A DNA stretch of 64,000 bases from assembly GCA_964619725.1 (NCBI GenBank), contig CAZUFC010000019.1:19696-83695 (forward strand). Direction: 5' to 3'. Position numbers and translations under genes: made by a program. Positions 36,625-45,962 of the stretch are shown here, piece by piece. The DNA comes from an uncultured bacterium (GTDB lineage Bacteria > CSSED10-310 > CAZUFC01). Within the stretch, counting starts at the first letter, position 1; each line of letters begins with the position of its first letter. The notes beneath the pieces were generated by a model that was not told the origin of the DNA, searched no databases, and was given only the letters and a program-made list of their open reading frames with translations.

Positions 36625-39600
36625 TCAGTTAGATGTCCCGGTGATTTTTTGCTCTGTTCCTCTGATTTCCGCTGCAGTTTGTTTACTGGCTCCTTTATTC
36701 ATTTCCAACAGGAGCGTTTTATCCAGGGCAACGCCGTAAAAGCCCGGAACGAGATCGAGCTTTGATTCGTATTCAGGGCCGGAAAAACCGACGGAAGTTC
36801 GGAGCGGGAACCTCAAACGGTAGAGAATATTGGCGCCGGCGGGCACTTTTATGCCGGTTTGCCCCGGTAATGCCCCTTTGCTGTAATGGTAGACATCAGG
36901 CAAGTCTGGAGCTCCGAGCCCCTTCGAGAAATCGGTCATGCCTTTCGTCAAAAAGTCTGCCGTCATTTGAGGTTTTCCGAGAAATGCCGGATCATAAGCT
37001 ATGGCGGCATCGACGGCGATTAGAGTATCCGGGGATTCAGCGTTGTAAATGACGTCAACTTCTATGTAAGGCCAATCAGCGACGCCTGTCTCCCTTACTT
37101 TCAGTTCAAATTCTCCTGAATCGGTTTTTTCTGAAGCCATGTCTTTTGCCGGGAATCCCGGTGCGAAAGAGACCCGTCCGTTCTGATTCAACCATTCGGA
37201 ATAGTCCGCTGAATTGACTGCAGAGTCGCCGTTGAAGTCCGCTCTTTCATCCCAGTTTCCTGATCCGGGCGTACTGCCGTTGGCGAGCAGCCAGATAATG
37301 AAATCGATCGATGCGTTAACGTAAGCATCTCCGTTGGCATTGCCGCCCCGCAATGAAATCATTCCGTCAACTTCATCGCCCAGAGGATCAATACCGTAGC
37401 ATGGCTCGAACGTCAGATCGTCTTCGTCAGAAAGGTTAATGTTGGCCGTCGTTCCGTAATTCACGTTGACCATGTTCTCGGTGATTACTTTCAGGTGATT
37501 CAGATGAGAAACAGTCAAAAAGAGATCGCCGCCGGGACAACCCGTCAAATCGATATTCCCGGTCTGCCCATTCGCATTCAGCGGTATGTCTTCATAAGAA
37601 GCCACAACTGTATCAGCCGTCTCAGGCGTGGTTCCGAAACGAAACTCTATATCGATCGTGGTGGGCCGCTGGCTTCCCACAAGATAAAAACCATCCAGGT
37701 ATGCCGTCAGATTGAAAGTCGGCGGTCCTGCATATTCGTCAGCGCCTATGTCGTAGAAGAAGAAGCGGTCGTTTCCATCGTAGTCGTAAAGAGTCGTCGA
37801 GGGTTCGGCGACATTAGAACCGAAATCTATGCATGGTGAAAGCATCTGTATGTGGTAATCGCCTTGGCCTACGAATAAGGGATCGGCAGAAATATTTCCT
37901 ATGCCGGCATCCCCGTCCTGTATGTCGCTGTAAGTCGCTGAAACGCCTTCGATATCGTCGCTGTGGTCCCAGACGATGCAGTTGATGATGTTCAGGGAGC
38001 CTGCATTCTTGTATATGCCGTAATTACCGTTGCTGACTATCGTGTTGTTGACGATATCGACGTTGGGCCCTCCCGTATGCCAGTATATGCCATGTCCGCC
38101 GTTATTAGTGATGAATGAGTTGGTCAGTATGACCGTGTCGTCTGAATAACTGTATATTCCGTCGCCGCCCGACCAATTGTTGGGAATTGCTGTGGAATCG
38201 TTGCCGTCGATATTAAGTCTGTCAAGAGTCACCGATGATACGTCGTCGTTTATGTATATTCCTGCACCGTAGCCGTATCCATAATCATATGAGCTGTAAC
38301 CTGATCCCTGACCCTTGGCGACATTATCATAAATCAGAGTATTCTCAATTACCTCAACCTTGGCATCAGTGTTGATGAAAATACCGCCGGCATACCCGTA
38401 ACCGTAACCTCGACCGTTATATGCCGTGTTATGACCATAGGCGTAGGAGGTGTTTTCCTTTATGATGCAATGACTGATAGTCATCGTTTCAGCCGTTGAA
38501 TTACAGAAGAGCGCTGCGCCGTAAGAATATCCGTACGAATATCGCCCTTGATTGCTGTTTGAGACATAACTGTAAGCCCAGTTCCCTGTGAAGTAATTAG
38601 CGTCAATATCAGGGGCTCCTTCAAGTCCAATGTAAACAGCGCCTCCGTAGCTATAACCGTAGATGTGTCCGCCGTAGTTCTGGGAGATATAACAACGAGC
38701 CTGGTTGGCGGTAAATGTGTTTCCGTATACCTGTGAATCGCCGTTCATGCAGATCGCTCCGCCCCTGCCGCTGGAATTGCGACCGGTTGAATAAGCCCAG
38801 TTGCCGTCGAATTCATTGTTTAGAATCTGAGGTGAGGCCGTATCGGAACAGAAGAGCCCCCCGCCGTATACGATTGATGACGTGAAGGCATTGCTAGCCA
38901 TATTCCCTGAAAAGGCATTGCCGGAAATGATCACTGTATCGTCTACATCGATGCAGGCTAATCCGCCGCCGACGAAGGAAGAGGTATTTTCCAGGAAAAG
39001 GTTATCCTCAACCGCGCCCAAAGCCGACGTTTCAATAAATAATCCGCCGCCGTATCCTGCTTCAGTCCCAACGACGCTGTTGTACATAAAGCTGCAATCG
39101 TGTACCCAGAATGCGTAACAACGACCGAAATACGCTCCGCCTCCTCTTACGTAATTGCCGCTTTCGCCGCCGATATTGGTCTCAAAAACGCAATTCCTCA
39201 CGATAACATGTTCGCAGTCGTAAACGAATAATCCAGCTCCCGCATTTTCTTCACCATGTCTGACGGTAAATCCGTCAAAAATGACGTCGGCGGCGCCCTG
39301 GATCATTACGACTGAATTCCTGTAACCGCCGTCTATCAGAGTTATATTTGCATGGGGATCGCGTTCTCCGCCGCCTATGGGATAACCGCCCAGAACCGTG
39401 GTGTCGCTGCCGATCTCAATATTTTCATGGTAGACCGCACGAGCCACATGAATAAAGGAATCAGGACCGGCGATGCTTAAGGCGCCGTTAATGCTCGCCT
39501 TGGCCGTCGCCCAACTGAGGCCGTTATTACTGTCGTTGCCGTTAACTTTGTCCACATAGAAATTTGCCGCCGGCGTTGCCGTATATGTTCCGACAGGCGT

Positions 39601-42600
39601 CGGAGTGTTCGGCGTTACGCTCGGTTGCGGCGTCGGATTGATCGACTGGGTCTCATCCGCTCCGATATCGACGATAAGACCGTTGTATGGGCGCGTATCT
39701 CCGTCATAATCGGTCAATGGCGCCAGGGTGTTTAGCCCCCGATCCACGCAGCAGGAGCTCGGCAAGATGTGATAGTCGTCAATGCCGACGAATTCAGGAT
39801 TGCAAGGCGGCGTCAGGTTTCCCTGTCCCGGATCGCCGCCCTGAATATTGCTGTAGGTCGCTGTTACAGCTTCCAGGTCATCGTTGTTCCCCCAGAGGAT
39901 GCAATTCCGAATCGTGGGAACCGCTCCTTCCGTCCCTCTTATGCCGTATCCGGGATTGTAAGCGATAGTGTCGTTAACGAATTCAGGCGTGCCTCCGTAA
40001 AGGTATATGCCGGTGCCCGCATTTTCGACCACAAATGTGTTGTATACTCTGGCTGATGACTCCTGAATGTAAAGGCCGTATCCAGTAGAAGCGTTATTCG
40101 GAGAAGCGCTTAAATTATTGTTTTTTATCAGCGCCCCGTCAAACTCTACATCGTTTAACCCCCCATTGATGTAGACTCCGCCTCCGCGGGCATATGCATA
40201 ATCATAGGAACCGTATCCTGCGCCTGAAGCTGTACAAAGACTGCCTTCAATCCTCGTGCTTCCGCCGATAAACGCTACTGTTTCGTCGGTGATGTAAATG
40301 CCGCCGCCGTATGCGTAGCCCCTGCCGCGACCATTGTAAGACGTATTCTGTCCGTAGGCTTGAGCTGTACTGCTTCTTATAATATCGCCTTTCATCTCCA
40401 GATCGCATCCTGCATCGCAAAATACTGTACCGCCGTAAGCAATTCCCTGACCGTAATACCCCTGGGAAGTGTTCCTGGCATCAGCATGCGCCTTGTTATT
40501 CTCATAGACATTTCCCCAGGATTTCACCGTGCAACCGTCCGCACAGTACAATGCTCCGCCGTAAGCATACTCCGTGAGCGTAGAGCCATATCCGCCGCTA
40601 TAATACGTATAAGCCAGGTTGTCGGAAATGGTGTTGGACTGGAGCGTTAATTCTCCGTCGCAATAAATGCCGCCGCCTCTCGTAGTTCTGCCTTGAGCAT
40701 TAAGTATTTGAATCGTGTTGTTGGAAATCGAGTTACCTTCAGCGTAACAGGAGCCTGCAGAGTGTACGTAAAGACCGCCGCCGCGATTGCTGGTGGAGCC
40801 CCCGTAACAGAGGTTGTTCTCGATTGTATTGTCTTCCAGATGAACCGTCGAATCCGCTGCGTGCACCGATACTCCGCCGCCGGCGTGACCTGATGTGTTG
40901 GCGAGTATCTCGTTACCGCTAATGACGATTTTATATCCGCCGCCGCAGTAAATTCCGGCTCCGTATGCTGCATCACCCTCAGCTATGTTGTTCTCGATCA
41001 GATTGTCGCCTACGAATATATTAACGCCCTCAAGATAAAGGCCGCCGCCGCATGCCAGATTACGGGCGCCGGGACTGCCGTAAGTGACGTTTTCCTGGAT
41101 TTTATTATTGGTGATGTTGACGTTTTCAGAACGGCTTACAGTAATGCCTGCTCCATAATCTCCAACGCCGTTCGTGACCATAAAGCCGTCTATTTCAACA
41201 TTTTTAACCTCCGATACCGTCATCACGGGATCATAAGCATCGCCGTCGACTACCGAAGGATAAACGTCAGGATTCCTAATTCCTCCGCCCGGGGGATACC
41301 CGCCCCATAAATAGAGGTTATCCGTGCACACCAGGTTTTCCACGTAAACATGCCCCGTCACATGGACGTAAGCGCCGCCGGCCGCTTCAGCCAGTTCAAT
41401 CGCCGCGGTTATGCTCGCCTTGGCCGTTCCCCAGCTTAATCCGTCATTCAAATCGTCGCCGTATAATCCGTCAACGTAATAATGGTCCGAAGGCGTCGGT
41501 TCAGGCGTCGGCGTTACGGCCGGCGTTGCGTAGGCCGTCGGTGAGGGATTGATGACGTCGACTTCATCCGCCCCCAGATCGGGAATGCCTCCTGCATAGG
41601 GACGAGGATCGTCGTCGAAATCATGATCGCGAATGTCGTCGTAACTCCCCCTGTCGACACAACAGGATTGCGGCTGCAAATGATAGTCTCCGCCGCCGAC
41701 GAACAGAGGATCGCATGGCGGACTTAAGTTGCCTTCGCCGGGATCCTTGCCCTGTATATTGCTGTATGTGGCGGAAACGCCTTCCAGATCATCGAGATTG
41801 CCCCACAATATGCAATTTCGTATCACTGGAGCGCTTCCTTCTGTTCCATAGATTCCGTAACCGTCGTTATAGACTATAGTATCGTTGATGATCATCGAAT
41901 TGCTCGAATAAAGATAAACCGCCGTATCAGGATGTTCTGCGATGATCGAATTGTAAATATCTACGCTGACATCCGATATGTACAGGCCGTAGCCGCGAAG
42001 CTGCGTGGCAGGACTGGCCGTAATATTGTTGCCGCGGATTACGGCGCTGTCGATATCCACATCACAATCCGGTCCGTAAACCGCTATGCCGCCGCCCCGG
42101 GAATAAGCATAATCATAGCTGCTGTACCCTGCGCCCGCAGCCTGACACCGGTTGTCTTCAACTATGGATTTTAAATTGATGTTGACGGTCGATAAGTCGG
42201 CACAGTGGACGCCTCCGCCGTATGCATAACCGGAACCGCGACCGTTGTAGGCCGTATTCACCCCGTAAGCGTAACAGGTGTTCGCCGACAGCGTATCGCC
42301 GCTTAACGTCACATCTCCGCCGCCTTCGCAGAATACCGCGCCTCCGTAGGCGAAACCCTGTCCGTAATAACCCTGACTGCTGTTGCGCCCTTCAGCGTGT
42401 GCAAGATTTTCATTATAAATGTTGCCGATGGAATGAACTATACCGCCGTCAGCGCAATATAGCGCGCCGCCGTAAGAACACTCTGTCAAAGTGGCGCCGT
42501 AACCTCCGTTGAAATAATTATAAGCCAGATTCCGCTCAATGACGCCGTTCACCATCGTTAAATTTCCGCTGCAGTAGACGGCCCCTCCCCTGACGGTTTT

Positions 42601-45270
42601 GTTGGTCGAGTTGATGCTCTGGATGGTATTGTCTGAGATAACATTACCGATCATATAGACCGTGGACATCGAGCCTACGAGAATTCCGCCGCCGATAGCA
42701 TTAACAGAGGAACATAAATTAAATTCCACGACATTATTCTCAAACATTACCGTTGAATCGGGATTGCCGAATGCTGCACCGCCTCCGGCAAAGGATGAAG
42801 TATTGTGTCCGATAGTGTTTCCGCCGATGTAATGGCTGTATCCGGCTCCGCAATACAATCCGGCCCCGTAGGACGTGCTTCCCGTCGCCAGGTTATAGTC
42901 AATATCGTTGTCGGTGACTTGTATATCTGCACCTGAAATGTAAATTCCGCCTCCCAGCGCCAGATTAGGCAAAACCGGGCTGCCGTATGCCGTATTTTCG
43001 GTGATCCAGTTGTTGTTTATAGTGACGTTCTGCGAACGGCTGACATGAATGCCGCCGCCGTAATCGCCGCGTCCGTTTTTGACGTTGAATCCGTCTACAA
43101 CAACGTTGGATACTTCACTGATCCTTATCACAGGCAGTAATGCAGACCCGTCGATGATAGTTAAATAAACGTCCGGGTTCCTCTCGAGGCCGCTCTGCGA
43201 ATAACCGCCCAGCAATACCATGTTGTTTCCCAAAACCAGATTCTCCACATAGGTTGCGGTCGCTACATGAATGTTGCCGTTGCCCGCAGCAGCCGCCATT
43301 TCCACTGCAGCCGAAATGCTCGCCTTTGCCGTTCCCCAGCTTAAACCGTTGTTCGAATCATCTCCGGTCTGACCGTTTACGTAAAAGTCATTGGCCGGCG
43401 TCGGCACGGGAGTATATGTTCCCGCCGGAGTAATGTAAACAGTCGGCGTTGGATTCAGATTCGTCGTCTCATCAGCGCCGATGTCGGGTATGCCGAAATT
43501 ATACGGCCGGCTCTCGCCGTCGAAATCATGGTCCCATATCAGGTCCGAAGTGCCCCTGTCCACGCAGCAGGAATTCGGGTAAATATGGTAATCGCCGTCG
43601 CCTATGAATAAAGGATCGCACGGCGGATTAAGATTGCCTTCGCCCGGATCAGCGTCCTGAATGTTGCTGTAAGTCGCCGTTACATCATATAAATCGTCTG
43701 CATTGCCCCAGAGAATACAGTTTCTTATCGTCGGCGTTCCGCCGTAACCCCGAATTCCTATTCCCCCATTGTAAGAGATCGTGTCATTCATCATTACAGT
43801 ATTCGAATCCTGAAGATAAACGCCTTCCCCATAGTTTTCCACGATAATGGAATTATATATATTTGCCGGAGCGTCAAGAATATAAATGCCCTCGCCGCAT
43901 GAAGCATTGTTGGGACTTGCCGTAATTTTATTGAAACGCACATAAACGCCGTCTATGTCAATGTCTGAACCGGCGCCCCAAGCTGCAATTCCTCCGCCGT
44001 AAGCATACGCATAATCATAAGAACTGTAGCCGGCGCCGACGGCATAAGCATGATTGCTGACAACTTCAACTCCCAGGCCTATGCTGACGACGGAATTACT
44101 TTTACATGCTATCGCTCCGCCATATGCGTACCCGTATCCCCGGCCGTTATACGCCGTATCCTGTCCATACGCATAAGCTAAATTGCCTTCCAGATGGTCG
44201 TTGTTGAAATCCGTCACGCTGCCGTCATCACAATAAACGCCTCCGCCGTATCCATAACCGTATGTGTATCGCTGCTGACTATTGTTTCGATTGTCCGCAT
44301 ACGCCGTGTTGTTGTTTATCATGTTGCCGGATAACAGAACATCGCTCCCGCTTGAACAAAAAATAGCTCCCCCAAACGCATACTTCTGCTTCGTACCGTT
44401 ATAATTGGCGCTGCTATAAGAATAAACCCAGTTGCCTGTAAACGTGTTGTTGATCAGGGTCGTTTCACAGACTGTGTACAGGCCTCCGCCCTCTGCATAA
44501 GTTCCGTGGCCGCCGGTCGAATATGCCGTGTTGTTCGATATCGTGTTGTTCGTCATCGGCAATTCGCTGGTTGCATCGGCGTAAATGCCCCCTCCGTAAG
44601 CGTTCGAAGCCGTGTTTATGTTGCCGCTTATTACGTTGTCCGTCATCGTTACGGTCGAATTCAACAGTATTATGCCCGCTCCGCCTGATGTACCCGAACA
44701 CGTGTTGTTTAAAACTTCATTATTCGTGAATGTCGCGGTCGAATCCTGAAAAGCCGCTCCGCCGCCTGAAGTCGTCGCCGCATTCTCCTCGATGATGCAA
44801 TCGTTTATCACGGCAGAGACGCCGGATGTGCATAATAATCCCGCACCCGTCGCCGCAGCGCCCGCTCGGATAGTGAATCCGTCCACTTCGACGTTGGATG
44901 CCGAAGATATCGTCAGGGTCGTTCCGCCGCTCGATCCGTCTATTCCTGTTTCATAGATCGCCGGATTGCGCGTGCCGCCGCCGTTCGGATACCCGCCCAA
45001 CAAGACGATGCCGTCAATATCAAGCGTCAGCCTCTCATAATAATATCCCTCGGCAACATGAACCGTGCAGGCCGACGAAATCAACGTCAACGCCGCTCCT
45101 ATCGTCGCCTTCGCATTTCCCCAGCTCAATCCGTCGTTGCCGTCGTCCCCGAACTCCTGATCAACGTAATAATTGCATTGAGCATCCGCCGAATTCATCG
45201 GGACTATCAGAAACAATACCCCCAATGCCAATAAAAAAATTTGATACGGGCTCACTCCTCTTTTCTCCAT
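36625..45270 (-). CDS. Giant secreted protein: 4 tandem beta-helix modules (Pmp-like GGA/GGG repeats), then dockerin-like and cohesin-like domains; no TM anchor
   Basis: Signal peptide ending ADA; 4x [YF]YV[DN]xxxGxDxNxGLSWxxAKA[TS]I ... D[IL]GADE; GNANGD..ADFNGDSAVNSADY; C-terminal domain similar to the cohesin-like domains of 31203-36605. Confidence 0.85.
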   Translation of the reverse strand: MEKRGVSPYQIFLLALGVLFLIVPMNSADAQCNYYVDQEFGDDGNDGLSWGNAKATIGAALTLISSACTVHVAEGYYYERLTLDIDGIVLLGGYPNGGGTRNPAIYETGIDGSSGGTTLTISSASNVEVDGFTIRAGAAATGAGLLCTSGVSAVINDCIIEENAATTSGGGAAFQDSTATFTNNEVLNNTCSGTSGGAGIILLNSTVTMTDNVISGNINTASNAYGGGIYADATSELPMTNNTISNNTAYSTGGHGTYAEGGGLYTVCETTLINNTFTGNWVYSYSSANYNGTKQKYAFGGAIFCSSGSDVLLSGNMINNNTAYADNRNNSQQRYTYGYGYGGGVYCDDGSVTDFNNDHLEGNLAYAYGQDTAYNGRGYGYAYGGAIACKSNSVVSIGLGVEVVSNHAYAVGAGYSSYDYAYAYGGGIAAWGAGSDIDIDGVYVRFNKITASPNNASCGEGIYILDAPANIYNSIIVENYGEGVYLQDSNTVMMNDTISYNGGIGIRGYGGTPTIRNCILWGNADDLYDVTATYSNIQDADPGEGNLNPPCDPLFIGDGDYHIYPNSCCVDRGTSDLIWDHDFDGESRPYNFGIPDIGADETTNLNPTPTVYITPAGTYTPVPTPANDFYVNGQTGDDSNNGLSWGTAKASISAAVEMAAAAGNGNIHVATATYVENLVLGNNMVLLGGYSQSGLERNPDVYLTIIDGSALLPVIRISEVSNVVVDGFNVKNGRGDYGGGIHVSRSQNVTINNNWITENTAYGSPVLPNLALGGGIYISGADIQVTDNDIDYNLATGSTSYGAGLYCGAGYSHYIGGNTIGHNTSSFAGGGAAFGNPDSTVMFENNVVEFNLCSSVNAIGGGILVGSMSTVYMIGNVISDNTIQSINSTNKTVRGGAVYCSGNLTMVNGVIERNLAYNYFNGGYGATLTECSYGGALYCADGGIVHSIGNIYNENLAHAEGRNSSQGYYGQGFAYGGAVFCEGGGDVTLSGDTLSANTCYAYGVNTAYNGRGSGYAYGGGVHCADLSTVNINLKSIVEDNRCQAAGAGYSSYDYAYSRGGGIAVYGPDCDVDIDSAVIRGNNITASPATQLRGYGLYISDVSVDIYNSIIAEHPDTAVYLYSSNSMIINDTIVYNDGYGIYGTEGSAPVIRNCILWGNLDDLEGVSATYSNIQGKDPGEGNLSPPCDPLFVGGGDYHLQPQSCCVDRGSYDDIRDHDFDDDPRPYAGGIPDLGADEVDVINPSPTAYATPAVTPTPEPTPSDHYYVDGLYGDDLNDGLSWGTAKASITAAIELAEAAGGAYVHVTGHVYVENLVCTDNLYLWGGYPPGGGIRNPDVYPSVVDGDAYDPVMTVSEVKNVEIDGFMVTNGVGDYGAGITVSRSENVNITNNKIQENVTYGSPGARNLACGGGLYLEGVNIFVGDNLIENNIAEGDAAYGAGIYCGGGYKIVISGNEILANTSGHAGGGVSVHAADSTVHLEDNTIENNLCYGGSTSNRGGGLYVHSAGSCYAEGNSISNNTIQILNAQGRTTRGGGIYCDGELTLQSNTISDNLAYTYYSGGYGSTLTEYAYGGALYCADGCTVKSWGNVYENNKAHADARNTSQGYYGQGIAYGGTVFCDAGCDLEMKGDIIRSSTAQAYGQNTSYNGRGRGYAYGGGIYITDETVAFIGGSTRIEGSLCTASGAGYGSYDYAYARGGGVYINGGLNDVEFDGALIKNNNLSASPNNASTGYGLYIQESSARVYNTFVVENAGTGIYLYGGTPEFVNDTIAYNPGYGIRGTEGAVPTIRNCILWGNNDDLEAVTATYSNIQGGDPGQGNLTPPCNPEFVGIDDYHILPSSCCVDRGLNTLAPLTDYDGDTRPYNGLIVDIGADETQSINPTPQPSVTPNTPTPVGTYTATPAANFYVDKVNGNDSNNGLSWATAKASINGALSIAGPDSFIHVARAVYHENIEIGSDTTVLGGYPIGGGERDPHANITLIDGGYRNSVVMIQGAADVIFDGFTVRHGEENAGAGLFVYDCEHVIVRNCVFETNIGGESGNYVRGGGAYFGRCYAFWVHDCSFMYNSVVGTEAGYGGGLFIETSALGAVEDNLFLENTSSFVGGGLACIDVDDTVIISGNAFSGNMASNAFTSSIVYGGGLFCSDTASPQILNNEFDGNWAYSTGRNSSGRGGAICMNGDSQVYGNTFTANQARCYISQNYGGHIYGYSYGGAVYIGLEGAPDIDANYFTGNWAYSYVSNSNQGRYSYGYSYGAALFCNSTAETMTISHCIIKENTSYAYGHNTAYNGRGYGYGYAGGIFINTDAKVEVIENTLIYDNVAKGQGSGYSSYDYGYGYGAGIYINDDVSSVTLDRLNIDGNDSTAIPNNWSGGDGIYSYSDDTVILTNSFITNNGGHGIYWHTGGPNVDIVNNTIVSNGNYGIYKNAGSLNIINCIVWDHSDDIEGVSATYSDIQDGDAGIGNISADPLFVGQGDYHIQMLSPCIDFGSNVAEPSTTLYDYDGNDRFFFYDIGADEYAGPPTFNLTAYLDGFYLVGSQRPTTIDIEFRFGTTPETADTVVASYEDIPLNANGQTGNIDLTGCPGGDLFLTVSHLNHLKVITENMVNVNYGTTANINLSDEDDLTFEPCYGIDPLGDEVDGMISLRGGNANGDAYVNASIDFIIWLLANGSTPGSGNWDERADFNGDSAVNSADYSEWLNQNGRVSFAPGFPAKDMASEKTDSGEFELKVRETGVADWPYIEVDVIYNAESPDTLIAVDAAIAYDPAFLGKPQMTADFLTKGMTDFSKGLGAPDLPDVYHYSKGALPGQTGIKVPAGANILYRLRFPLRTSVGFSGPEYESKLDLVPGFYGVALDKTLLLEMNKGASKQTAAEIRGTEQKITGTSN

Positions 45271-45323
45271 CTCGTATCCTCCTCCATTTCTTGAATGTTT
45301 AAAATTTGATTAGCCATATCCTT

Positions 45324-45357
45324 AAAATATAAAGAATCCGGGGCTTAACCGGATTCT
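45324..45357 (-). terminator. Intrinsic-terminator-like hairpin inside the 5' leader of the giant-protein operon
   Basis: Minus strand AGAATCCGG-TTAAGCC-CCGGATTCT followed by TTATATTTT. Confidence 0.55.
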
Positions 45358-45581
45358 CTACCTCCTTCGCTGACTCGATGCCAAAACGGAAAAAGCTCCA
45401 CCATTGCGAAACTTGTTCATGAAAGACTCATCCCTCTCTGTCGCCCTGTTCGCAGGCGCTTCATGCACAATGTCGATCACTTGAATTCCGTCCATCATTC
45501 CGAACTCAAAAAGCCTTTCCAGCTTTTGAATGAATCGATATCAACCTGATTTCGGTTCATTTAAAATGTATTGACGATTTC

Positions 45582-45611
45582 ATTATACACCGGCTTTTTT
45601 GCATAAGTCAA
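45582..45611 (-). promoter_or_regulatory. Near-consensus sigma70 promoter
   Basis: Minus strand TTGACT-N18-TATAAT. Confidence 0.6.
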
Positions 45612-45962
45612 TAGCAAATGTAAAAAAATGAACGGCTGTCGGGAAAATGGATGGAGGATTGGATGTTTGGAGGAATGAGGGGCGGCAGTTCGGCAAATTG
45701 TGAAAATTGGAGTGAAGAGACTATTGTCGGTTGGACGGATGGACGGCTTCGGCGGAGCCCTTCTCATCCTTAAATATTTTCAGCAACAGCGTTGTTTCGG
45801 TATAGATCGAAAATGTCGGCGTTGATCAAAAACAAATAATTCTGGCTTACACGTTCAGCTCACAGAGGTTCTATTTCGTACCCGATGCAGCGCTCTACCG
45901 GTTCCATAGAGCTTCAGCCTTCCAATCGCCTTAAAATATGTCGTATTAAATGACGCGGGAGA

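Noticed and set aside
36625-45270. Autotransporter, RTX/T1SS or T9SS cargo interpretation of the giant proteins
   Set aside because: No C-terminal beta-barrel, no GGxGxD nonapeptide runs and no recognisable T9SS CTD; Sec signal peptides and CTERM tails are present instead
45358-45365. ops-like element (GGAGGTAG, minus strand)
   Set aside because: One mismatch to GGCGGTAG and it lacks the downstream TG; too short to support
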